DNA from: Lama glama
Taxonomy: Eukaryota
DNA: 64,000 nucleotides
Direction of reading: 5' to 3'
Assembly (NCBI GenBank): GCA_028534125.1
Contig: CM052816.1
Coordinates: 77,750,001-77,814,000, forward strand
In this document: one piece after another, positions 12,140 through 22,775 of the stretch
How positions within the stretch are numbered: the first letter of the stretch is position 1
How the letters are laid out: the number at the start of each line of letters is the position of its first letter
Notes under the pieces: model-generated
What the model saw: the letters and a program-made list of their open reading frames with translations, nothing else
Told to the model about the DNA's origin: nothing
Database searches by the model: none
Program-made: the position numbers and the translations under genes

Positions 12140-12340
12140 ATTGAAGGCTTATCATGTGTCAGATACTAGAAACTTAACTTGTATCATCTCATTAAATCTT
12201 TGAATCAATCTTACAAAATCAGTGTCACCTTCCTCACTTTGAGTTAAGGGAACTGGGCTGAGAGAGGTTAAAATTTTACTCAAGCTCACACAGCGAGGAC
12301 TGAGTGAGATCCAAGCCTCTCAGACGCCAAAGCCAACTGT
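12140..12340 (-). mobile_element. MIR SINE
   Basis: gaactgggctgagagaggttaaaattttactcaagctcacacagc, reverse MIR core. Confidence 0.7.
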
Positions 12341-13346
12341 TCTGTGAGATGTCCCTTGAAGATCAAGTTGTGCAGCTTAAAGGCATCAGGAGGAAGCATT
12401 TTGTTATTATGTCCATTAGAATAAAGAGGTAGATGTTACAGATGAATATGAGGTAATAAAAACTTTCTTTGATGGCTACCAAAAGCAGGTAATCCCGCCA
12501 AGTGACAATTACACTTTAATTTCTCCTTGGCCAACAAATGAACAACAAAGACTGTTCTTTTTAACACCAAGAATCTAAACAAACACATCTTCTACTTAGC
12601 CTTATATGATTTTTTTTTTCATTTATGCTCTGAAACATCACCTTCCTTCTTTGAGGGCTCCCTGAGAAGGCTGATCTAAAGAAAGACGTGGCATTTGCTC
12701 CAAAGTGCTGATTTCCAGGCACCCTTTCCACTAAATGCTCAACCTCAGGGGCCGCCATCAACAGCGTCTGGCAGGCGACTCTCCTGAGAGCCTCAGAACC
12801 CTCCCGCAGAACTGCTACTCAACCCAATCCTCCCCAAGGTGACCCAGCGAAGGAGGGGAGACCCGCCTCGGTGGCCTGACATTTTCCATGGCTTCTTTTA
12901 AGGAACAGCTGGGCCATAATAGAAGGTTACTCAGGGATACCCATAGGTTTGACAGGAACCCATATTTCAAACAGGGCGGATACTAAATCCATCCAACTCC
13001 TGGAATGTTACTGTTCTCTCAGGAGCCCGAGAGAAGTTTCTGATGCTGATCTATAAATCTCCCTGGCCTAAAATACCCCAAATTAGTTTCTGTACCATGG
13101 GAACATAAAAATGATATGGCTTTCTTCTTTGACATGTCAGTTAATAAAGGGGGGGAGAGCCCGGATGCTGCCTGACAGGTCTCTGAAGGGTTTATTCGTT
13201 AAAAATGGGAAGCACTTTAATTACCTGTTTGGGTTTTTTTTTTTTGTTATATGTGTGCATTATATATATAGTATATATTTTTCTTTAAAGCTGGTCCTTT
13301 GGACATTCAGGAAATTATATCATTAATTATGCCTGTCAGAACACTT

Positions 13347-13846
13347 NNNNNNNNNNNNNNNNNNNNNNNNNNNNNNNNNNNNNNNNNNNNNNNNNNNNNN
13401 NNNNNNNNNNNNNNNNNNNNNNNNNNNNNNNNNNNNNNNNNNNNNNNNNNNNNNNNNNNNNNNNNNNNNNNNNNNNNNNNNNNNNNNNNNNNNNNNNNNN
13501 NNNNNNNNNNNNNNNNNNNNNNNNNNNNNNNNNNNNNNNNNNNNNNNNNNNNNNNNNNNNNNNNNNNNNNNNNNNNNNNNNNNNNNNNNNNNNNNNNNNN
13601 NNNNNNNNNNNNNNNNNNNNNNNNNNNNNNNNNNNNNNNNNNNNNNNNNNNNNNNNNNNNNNNNNNNNNNNNNNNNNNNNNNNNNNNNNNNNNNNNNNNN
13701 NNNNNNNNNNNNNNNNNNNNNNNNNNNNNNNNNNNNNNNNNNNNNNNNNNNNNNNNNNNNNNNNNNNNNNNNNNNNNNNNNNNNNNNNNNNNNNNNNNNN
13801 NNNNNNNNNNNNNNNNNNNNNNNNNNNNNNNNNNNNNNNNNNNNNN
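13347..13846. other. Assembly gap (500 N)
   Basis: Direct. Confidence 1.
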
Positions 13847-14607
13847 AAAAAAAAAAAAAGCCCTTTCTTTATCCAAATCCCAGGCACACTTTGCCAAACA
13901 CTTTCCCCTGAAATTTTTAAGGCCACGTGTTTGAACGGGAAATTTAATCCACATGTTTCGATTCATATGTACACTTAATGCATCAAAATATCATCTCTTT
14001 GAAGTCCAAATGGCCTTTTTATAGACTTCTTCCTTAGGAATGGAAAGTTGTACTTGGCCAAGAACTAACAAATTCGAACCCTCCGAAGTCCAAGTTCCTT
14101 TCAAAGTTCCTAACTCAGAAGATTGAACCAGGCTTTGAAATATACCCTCCATCCCCCTAGTCACCCCCAATGTAGCTGTAAATCATGAGATACTTATTTC
14201 CACCATTATTTCTCAATCTTGATCATATACTTTGAAGGGAGCTTCCAATGAAAGCAAATTAAGAGCTATCTTCCAGTGAACTACCACAATAATGCTGTGA
14301 GGAAGAGCAGATGGAGGAAGGGCTAGACCTCACCACCCTCTTCAGGAACCTGGGAAGGGAAATCAAGTGATTGGCCAGGGGTAACAGAGTGGCTGAGGGC
14401 AGAGCCAACAGTTCAGTCTCAAATCAGACCAGGGGTGGGGATCTCAGGTTTTTCCCTGGGAATCCTGATGGTAAAACATCACAGTTGGAAGGTCAGATTC
14501 AGAGCTTCCATAATCCTATTCCCAAATGTTTCATTACAGATACAGCTCCAAACCTCATGCTGAATGAACAGGACTGTTAACCCATGTAGCTTCTTCAAAT
14601 CTCCTAC

Positions 14608-14782
14608 CTGAAGATGACTTGAAACATATATCGATGCTGTCAAAACTGGAAGATGGGGAGAGCACTGAAAAACCTGAGAGAGACTGATCAATCTCATGCA
14701 ATGTTTCCAACAAGCTGAGCCCTCCCTGCCAGCTGGGCCCCAAGTCACTCATGGTCGAGGCACCAGAGAAGGGTGGTGTCAT
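14608..14782 (-). pseudogene. Pseudo-exon X6 (175 nt, phase 0->1)
   Basis: tctgtttaactcag|ATG...CAG|gtagga. Open Ser-rich frame MTPPFSG...DICFKSS, the same frame as ORF 14555..14782. Confidence 0.8.
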
Positions 14783-15426
14783 CTGAGTTAAACAGAGAGG
14801 ATCTACTCTTTGCTTCTGAACTCCTCTCGAGACAGTGGGTCACTTGAATACAAGTCTCTGTGTAATTAATTCACTGTTGTATCTGCCACTATGCGAGGTG
14901 TATGGTGGTCAATTCATCTTCATTGCATAAATTCAGTATGCCTATTCAAACTAAAATTTAATGGATGCTTCTATTGTTCCTTTGAACATTCCTTCTACCT
15001 CCCTTCGCTTGCTTGTACTTCTGAAATTTAACTGTGGAAAAATTATCAGCACCATCTCCCCAATGCACCCATTATTAGCATTATTTAGTAAAAATAAATC
15101 AAATCTATCTTGAGCAATTTGCCTGCCCTCTATCATTAATCTTCTCAAGTGGGCAGATGAGTGGTCATTTGTAACTGGGCATAAAACACAGCGAATGTGG
15201 ACTGCGAATTCGGTTAAGCTTGCTTTTTTACGATAATAACTGAAAATGTTTATCAACTCAAAGATAATGCATCTAAAAATATCCAGTCATGTCTACATTA
15301 GGGAGTAAAGAAAAACTGTGGCTTATTATTTCCACCCTTTTTAGGCTTTTCTAATGAACTACACCAATCAAAATCATAATGGTCTACTCTTGAATATATA
15401 AAACAACACTTATTTCAAATTGTTTT

Positions 15427-15580
15427 TATTTTGTTTGTTTGGGGTTTTTTTTTGCAGGGTGAGAGGAGCCAATTAGTTTGATTTATTTATTTATTTTGTT
15501 TGACGGAGGTACTGAGGATTGAACCCAGGACCTCATGCATAGTAAGCATACGCTCTACCACTGAGCTATAACCTTCCCGC
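15427..15580 (-). mobile_element. tRNA-derived camelid SINE (Vic-1 type) with target-site duplication
   Basis: Reverse strand: tatagctcagtggtagagcg (A box), cctgggttcaatcctcagtacctcc (B box), A-rich tail. Flanked by tcaaattg(t/c)tttt at 15415 and 15581. Confidence 0.9.
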
Positions 15581-16484
15581 TCAAATTGCTTTTAGATAAT
15601 TGCTTATCAAAGCTCCATCAACCCTGAGGGTTGACATGAAAATCATCAGATGCTCTTCACCTTTCAGTTTCCCTGGTAGAATCCACATCTTTGAGTTTTT
15701 GGTAAACCAAAAACTGGAACCAACTAGCCAGGCTACTATTCCTTCTCCAAATAGTACATTATTTCCATAACTACCATATGTTTTAGAGAATCCAGTTATG
15801 TGCTACTTCTGTTATCCAGATGGGAAAACTGAAACAGGTGGACTATTACATAATACGCCAACAAGCTGGATTTAGAATTTGAAGATCAGCATCTCCTGTC
15901 TATGGCTTAAACCTCTGACTGTATCGTATCCCAAAAGCTCTTCCTTCCTCTTAATCTCATGGGACAGCAAGGGACCTTGGGGATGATCTGATCCTGTGGC
16001 TTTTCAAAAAATGTTTAGCAGCTGGTTCTTTCTATCCATTAAAACCCTATGCAAATGGCTATCACGTAAAGTCCATACTCTTGAGGGGTCTCTGGGTGAA
16101 GATCAAGTAGTGGGGGTACAAGGAGCTCCTCGTCTATTTGATTCTGAAAGGACTCAAAGACTGACTACAACTCCTCGAAGCGCAGGTTGAATATCCATGG
16201 AACAGCTCATTTTTCAAAGACCATAAAGGTAAAATGACTTAGCTAGAGTCTCGAGGCTACTGACAGAAACAAGCCTAAACCCCAGGGGTCCCAACTCTGA
16301 GTCCTCTGCCCACAGGGTAATAATAGTACACTGAAAGCTTTTAGCAGGGGAAGATTCATTTTCTTAATCAGCAACCCCGTGATGGTTAAAAACTAAGCAT
16401 CAGAATCAAAAACAGTTAATGCGTGGAAAACAGAACCTTCTTGGATCAAGATAAAATCATAAATAGGAGATACTGTCATAGTTA

Positions 16485-16800
16485 GATCAGGAATTGGCAA
16501 ACACTTTTCCGGAAAAGGCCAGATAGTAAATAGCTTACGCTTTGCCATATGGTCGGTCCCCATTGCGAGTATTCAACTTTCACTGTAGACAGAGACAATA
16601 CGTAAATGAATGAGTGTGGCTGTGTTCCAATAAAACTTTATTTATGGGCTCTGAAATGTGAATTTCATATAATTTCACATGTCACCAAATACTATTTCTT
16701 CTTTTGATTTTCTCCCCAAACATTTAAAAAATAATAACCATTACTAGCTCACAGGCTACAGAAAAACAGGCATGGGCTGAAGTCAGCCAACCTCAGTCTA
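16485..16800 (+). mobile_element. MER58 (hAT-Charlie) DNA transposon
   Basis: ggcaaac..aaaggccagatagtaaata..tgagtgtggctgtgttccaataaaactttattta hallmark. Confidence 0.85.
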
Positions 16801-17798
16801 GAAGAAAACTTTACTCCACAAAATGCTTAAGCAGGACTGAATAGAACCCACAGGCTCTTTAAGTGCTTTGCACGTAGGTCTCAGAAGAGCTCAGACAATG
16901 TTGTCATCCCCTGAGTATTAGCATCTGGGCTGCCTTTTGCCTTTTATTGAAGTCCTGAGGGGCTAACAGAATCCCACTGGGGAAAAGTAATGTCTCCTTG
17001 CCTTTGGTTGGAAACCAGTGGGATCAGTGCCCTATTAAGGGGCATGGTGGGAGGTGGTGAACATAACAAAGGGTCTCTGACTCAACATGGAAGAAGAAAG
17101 GTGGTGAAGGCCTGGACGATGGTGGCAGATCCCACAGATGGTGAGACCACTTAAGTACAGCGTCAAAGACAGTGTTTCAGTCACCATAGAAGAGGCATGA
17201 TCCTAGGAGCTGAGATCACTTATTTGGCTCCTGGGTAACAATCATTAATTCATTGGCTGGCATGCTTATAACCATCACAGTATTACCTAACATGGGCAAA
17301 TAGGGAGTGTTGATGTGCTGTATTCCATCTTTTGGGAACTGGGTGAGTTTCTCCCATGGAAACAATTTTAAGAATAATTAGTGGTGTCACCATTATATTA
17401 AACAAGCATAATTCAGAGGATTTGGCCATAAAACAACTTGTGCAGTGGAGCTTAATTGGTGGATACCCTTGGATGAAAATATGGGCAATCTCATGACTTT
17501 TCTGATAAGCTTTGAAAAATATAAATATTCTCAATTCCTTATTTTCAATGTCCAATCCCATGTCAACTTCATTCTTGCTATAAAGTCAAGACTTTTCCCC
17601 CTGCCTCTCACCCCTACTCCAAGCTAGTGCCTACTATACACAAGAAGCCTAAGATGGGGAAATGGGCTAAAGAAAATTTCCTCCCTCTTCCGGGGCCCAG
17701 CACTTTTATTCCACCTCCCTCAGTTTGCTACATGTGCTTCTGACAACTCTGAATTAGAAGTCATGGAAGGAGAGGAAGTCGGGCAGGTATGTTCTTAC

Positions 17799-18019
17799 CT
17801 GACTGACATTATGGGGATACTTCAGCATGGCCACGCTTAGGCAGTGCTGCAGATAAATCTCTCACTGGCACTTTTCTGGGTTCTTTGGAGATGCGGCAAT
17901 ACTTTGGACATGCACCAGCAGAATGCATTTCTTTGCCAGCTGGTGCCTTATTCCTTCCTTAACCCAAAGAAATCCATCTGTACCTCCAGCTTCCCTCTGC
18001 TGTGGTCTGGGTGGCCCTC
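17799..18019 (-). pseudogene. Pseudo-exon X5 (221 nt, 1-nt deletion)
   Basis: ctctgcaag|GAG...CAG|gtaaga. EVQMDFFGLRKE*GTSW / KKCILLVHVQS..CQ*EIYLQHCLSVAMLKYPHNVSQ resembles recalled RGS22 CLSREEGIKWIKKERLPAFLESDCYFEYRLAKL. Confidence 0.8.
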
Positions 18020-18317
18020 CTTGCAGAGAGGATTTAAGGAGACCCCACACCAGTTACCTTTTGCTGCAACCCCCATTATCTGACCCAACAACTCTGAAAG
18101 TGCAAGTCAGTTCCGCCGCACAGCCATCTCTGCTTCACTCCTCAGGTCAGAGCAACTAGCCAGTCCATCTCTCAGCTTTTGGACTTTCCAGGTGATGTCA
18201 GACATGAGTCCAGCCTAAAGGGGCACAACTCCAATTGGTGTCCTAACAGCCCCTTTCTCAGTAGTTGAAGAGAACGGGGAACAACTCCTTTGGGGGATTC
18301 TTTTGGGTTGAACATAC

Positions 18318-18380
18318 TCTCCCCAAAAACACTTTCCACAAATGTTCAAAAGTACTCCTCTCCTCAACCCTTTCATACCC
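18318..18380 (-). pseudogene. Pseudo-exon X4 (63 nt, phase 0->0)
   Basis: tctgtatcag|GGG...AGA|gtatgt. Open: GYERVEERSTFEHLWKVFLGR. Confidence 0.65.
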
Positions 18381-19149
18381 CTGATACAGACGAAGGGTCC
18401 AAGGTTTTTTCAGTCACCAGCTCTGTGAACCCTGGTCTTACACCTCAGTGTGGAATGTTATTTTGATTGTCATTAAGTCTCAACAGGAAGCTTCCATTGG
18501 AACCTCCTTGCTCAGTCATTTATAAGGACAGATTCCCAAGCACACCTTTGCTGTAATGTAACGAAGCCACAGTGTTAGCAGCACCGCACTATAGAACCTG
18601 GTTGCAGTGACAGCCCTGTCCCCATGTGACAGTTTCCATGGCATCAAGGCCCTGCTCCTCCTGATTTATTCCACTAAGATGGTCCATGGAACAGTCACTG
18701 CCCCAAGCAGCCTGCATGCTTCATTTCTCAGAGTATTTGCTCATGATGCTCCCTCAGTGTGTGGTGCCTTCTTTCTTTCCCATCTCAAAATAGTCCTGAC
18801 ATTTATTCTTCAAGACTTAGCTGATATGCCACCTCTGCTGTGAAGTTTTCCCTCAAAGTTCCCTCTGCATCCTCTACTTCCTCTCTTGTGTTTCCATCAC
18901 CTTCACTTCTTAGCCCCAAGGTCACTTCTTTAGGAATGATTTCAGCCAACTGTATACACGGCCAACTCTCCCACAAGACAGTGAGCTCTGCAGCTGGCAG
19001 ACACCTCACCTCACTCCTCTTCATATGCCCTTGTCTCAGTACCGGGCCGAGGATCTGCTTATTAAGGCAGAAAAAGGAGGGAGGCAAGGATCCCAGGTGC
19101 CCTCAGAAATGGCAGGAACCACAGCTTTCAAGCAGTGAGGGCCTACCCT

Positions 19150-19520
19150 GAGCCATCTTGCCAGGCGGCCACTCCCATAGCACAGGACACGCCCACAGTG
19201 CGTTAGATAATTCAGGGAAATGACTCCCACACTGCAAGGGACCCTGCCTGTGTTCTGGCCAGAACCCTCCAACCTGGCGTGCCAGTTCCGTGTGCCCCAG
19301 GGGTCCTGGGTTCTTGGTGTTTTAGTGGCTAACACAGGCACGTGCACCACTTTGTCATATGTGAGGATCACGTGGACCTTTGCGTCCCCTCCTTTCCTGT
19401 CCACTTCCTGGTCCTTAGCCGATGGTTGGCTAGTGAGGGAGTATGAAAGTTCGGCTCCCTCACCTCAAGGCAGGACAAACCTGAAGTGTCCATTAGGCTG
19501 CAAGGCCCCCTGAGGAACTG
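19150..19520. mobile_element. LTR16-like ERVL LTR fragment
   Basis: Resembles LTR16-family body (ggacaaacctgaagtgt, cagggaaatgactccca). Confidence 0.5.
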
Positions 19521-19829
19521 GGCTGAGTGACTTTCCTGGGGTCACACAGCTAGTAAGTGGCTGAAATGGGATTCGAACCCAGGCACTCTTTCCCACTACC
19601 AGAGAGAGCTTGTGATTTTGAGTATCATAACTACCGTGTTAGATTCTACAGACAGGGGGTGGCTCATGGCATTTACAAAAAAAAAAAAAGGAAGCAGAAC
19701 ATTTCTATATTAAATTATTATATGGAAAATGGCTAGGTTAATCCATCTCCAAATTATCTGCATTATACAGACATTATCTTCCTAGTGAAAAAATGAAAAA
19801 TTAAGATCTCTGAACCCAGAGAGAACCGG

Positions 19830-20030
19830 CATTGGAATCCAAGTCTGTTACACATCAGCTGTGAGACCCAAGTAAGTTATTTCTTTTTTTCCATCCTCAG
19901 TTTTTCCATATATAAAATGGATATAATAACACCTAACTTGCACTGTTGTAGAAAGGATTAAATATAACATATGCAAAGCCTCTAACACAGTGTCTAGCAC
20001 ATGGTCCACATGCAGTAAATGGCCACTGTA
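19830..20030 (+). mobile_element. MIR SINE
   Basis: cctcagtttttccatatataaaatggatataataacaccta core. Confidence 0.8.
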
Positions 20031-20251
20031 GTAGCAGCAGTAGCAGTAGCAGTAGTGGTGGTAGTAGTGACAATAATGTAGACTTGGCTTCTGTGACTTG
20101 TGTAACTTCAAGGATCACACATACAAATACAAACCCTCACCATGCATAATGATAATCCTTAAATATAATGGAGTGTTACTGGTAAAAGTAAAAGCTTTGA
20201 AGGCTGCATTTGGCAAAAAGAATATCTATCTAGAGAGACCCACATACTTAC

Positions 20252-20301
20252 GCTCCGGCTGGCATGTCAGGGATGATCTATCTGCCGGTAATCAATGTCT
20301 G
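20252..20301 (-). pseudogene. Pseudo-exon X3 (50 nt, phase 1->0)
   Basis: catttctcag|CAG...AGC|gtaagt. DIDYRQIDHP*HASRS, TGA at 20269-20267. Confidence 0.7.
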
Positions 20302-21308
20302 CTGAGAAATGAGAATAATTATAAACATCACTGCATGAGAACTGGGGAATGAGTCCTTCCCAAGACGGGTTGCAACTGCACAATTTCAAGCTGACATTTT
20401 ATTTCACCCTAAAGAAATAATTGCATTTAATAAGGTGGTTATCACTAAACTGTCAGGGCTGAAAATCAAGCTTCTATCATCCAATGCAAAAATAATTATA
20501 AGCAAGATCTGTTTGGAGTTGAGAAAGTCATAGACAGCCCCAAAACTACTTTTCCAAAATGTGTTATAACCCCAACAAAAGAATTTAGGCACTCAGACCT
20601 TAAACTACATTGGAGTCAAATATTGAGTTTATTCTTAGAATGGGTGAGTATACTTCCATCTGCCTTTTCATTTTCTGGTTATAGATCAGGTTTGTTTTAT
20701 TACACAGATTGTAGGAAAACAGCTCTAGATAGCCTTGACCTCTTTAGAGGAGACAGATCAGTACATGGTAGATTTGATCCAGGAAGACAACCAAATATGG
20801 CCAAAACATTTACTCTATTTTATATGATCATCTGACTGACCATGGAGAAGCCAATTCGCCAAATAAAAGCAAGATCCCCATTTACTGTGGGCCCAGTTAC
20901 CACTGACTCTGACAGCAGGCTAATCCTATAGACACACCCCTCCCCCACCAGAAGACTGAAGAACTATTCCAAGTTTCTAAACAAATCTAGAAACACAGCC
21001 CCAAGGCCAACAGACATTTTCCAGCCTTGTTCAACTTCAAGTGAGAGGAGCAAGCCATAGGTTCACAGGTCTCTCCAAGCAGGTCAGGTTGATGCAAAAG
21101 GCTGATTTATGGAGAGTGGAGTGGGAGATACTTCAAAAATATATCTTCTTTTATTACTCAGCCTTTGAGTTGAATTTAATTACATATAAGGTAGAGAAAG
21201 TTATTGCCCCATCTCCATCTTCTTCATATTTGCTCATGCCAAAGCAACCATATGTCATCAGAGCAGGAATAATAGTAATTTGAGAAGTAAATATTGCTGT
21301 CAACTCAC

Positions 21309-21471
21309 TTGCTAGGCATCATGGAGGCCAGAGAAGTCAATCTCTTACTGAATTAAATTTGTTTGGGTTCTTGTTATTTTAGGGAATTTAGACAGTCCGG
21401 TCTGTGAATGCTTCAAATTGTCTGGCATAGCATTAAAAAAAAATGCAAGTAATAAAAATTATCCTTCAGCC
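21309..21471 (-). pseudogene. Pseudo-exon X2 (163 nt, phase 0->1)
   Basis: ctcactcag|GGC...GCAA|gtgagt. IFITCIFF*CYARQFEAFTD aligns ungapped to recalled RGS22 TFSEAIRFNADYGVFEVAND. Several stops. Confidence 0.6.
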
Positions 21472-22130
21472 CTGAGTGAGAGGTAATTTACACTGATAAT
21501 CTCCCAAAGACAGACACAGGGAAGGGACTACCACACACAATGGATGAAATTTGAAGATCCTTGATTAGATGCCTGGTTTGGCTATTAGATGGATCTTGAC
21601 TCTGGACATGTTTTTTCATCTCCTTGATTCTTATATGTAAACTAAAAGACACAGATTTACTGGCTGAAATCTAAGACTGCTTCTAGCTGTATGACTCTCA
21701 CTTGGGGAAGGGTGGGGAACAGCCATGTGACACACACAGTTTAATTAAAAATTTCATAAGAAACCTAGCCTCATTTATAAATAGAATCATTGTGAAATAA
21801 GTTACTGTCTTCACAAATGCACGATTCTCATGGCAAAACAATGAAGTTAGTAAACACAATTTATATTAAATTGATGGTCAGTCTTTGAAAATTCAATTAA
21901 CTTTTAAACATTTATTTATGCTTTTATTGTTTCTAGTTTTAATTCATTTTTAAAATTCATGTAGAAAACTCAAAATAGTAATGATCTTTTATCAACATTA
22001 TGATATATTCCATTTCCATCAGATACAACCCCTCAGTAATTTTTCAAAGATTCTGCATTTAAGAAATGATACACAAGTTAAAAGTTTGTAGATTCGTACA
22101 TCACTCTCTGAAAAAGGTGCCAGATCCTAC

Positions 22131-22212
22131 CTGAATGCAAAGACATTCCTTAGATATTAATTTTTTAAAGATCCTCAGTTGAAAATAATAATAATAAAAT
22201 AATTATATGCCT
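22131..22212 (-). pseudogene. Pseudo-exon X1 (82 nt)
   Basis: aaaccag|AGG...ATTCAG|gtagga. Reads ..STEDL*KIN / SKECLCIQ, resembling the N-terminal ATDDFLVDYFNEFLSLP motif recalled for RGS22. One frameshift. Confidence 0.55.
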
Positions 22213-22740
22213 CTGGTTTCAAAGATGCATGCATTAAAAACAACTTGCCAAAATTTGAGCAACAACTTTTTCTTTCAAACACATCAAACCAAGCTCAGAA
22301 CCTTCAAATCTTTTACTGTTTTTATCTTATCACACAGTTCCTTTTGCAGGTTGAATTTCTAGGAAAACACCCTGAGATAAGTGTGTAGGAAGTTTATTAG
22401 GGAGTGCTCTTCAGATCAGCACCCAAGGAAAAGCAGGGACTCAGAAGCAGGTATTGAGAAGAGAGAGAAAGTTGGGCTGTGATGTAGTCTCAACAAACAC
22501 CTCAACTAACCCCATAGGGACCCCTGAAGCTGGACGACCCTTCAAAGGTGTTCCAGGTTAAGGTAAAACAGATGGAGGAATCAATTCTTTAGCCCCCAAA
22601 ATGCTATGTGGCTCTTGACAGCATCCACTACAGTTCCAAATGGAGGCAGTTTTAAGTATGGTAACAGTCCAGTTGGTTTGTTATCAACAAATATTTACTG
22701 AATGTATACAATGTGTTCATTACAATAGAGACCATCAAAT

Positions 22741-22743
<3 letters not shown>

Positions 22744-22773
<30 letters not shown>
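22744..22773. repeat. (CA)n microsatellite
   Basis: Direct. Confidence 0.95.

Positions 22774-22775
<2 letters not shown>

Larger units (their letters stand above)
298..22212 (-). pseudogene. Unprocessed multi-exon pseudogene, RGS22/RGSL1-like multi-RGS-domain protein (22 reconstructed exons X1-X22; probably 3'-incomplete in window)
   Basis: Chain of AG..GT-bounded segments with compatible phases, in-frame stops and ~4 frameshifts. Translation has RGS22/RGSL1-like motifs in collinear order (family call from recalled sequences, needs BLAST/HHpred). Confidence 0.85.

Noticed and set aside
12642..12675. 34-nt exon-like segment (ctttag|ATC..AAG|gtgatg)
   Set aside because: Weak donor, and it would break the X6->X7 phase match.
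13299..13966. Long ORFs of 196-219 aa
   Set aside because: Artefacts of the N gap. The same applies to the minus-strand ORFs at 38628-39207.
15490..15580. tRNA gene
   Set aside because: It is a tRNA-like SINE head with an A-rich tail and TSD.
298..20301. Selenoprotein or stop-readthrough explanation for the in-frame TGA codons
   Set aside because: TAA and TAG stops, frameshifts and a broken acceptor also occur, so pseudogenisation is the simpler explanation.
298..22212. Calling the locus RGS22 or RGSL1 itself
   Set aside because: Similarity to the recalled sequences is motif-level only, so no gene symbol is assigned.
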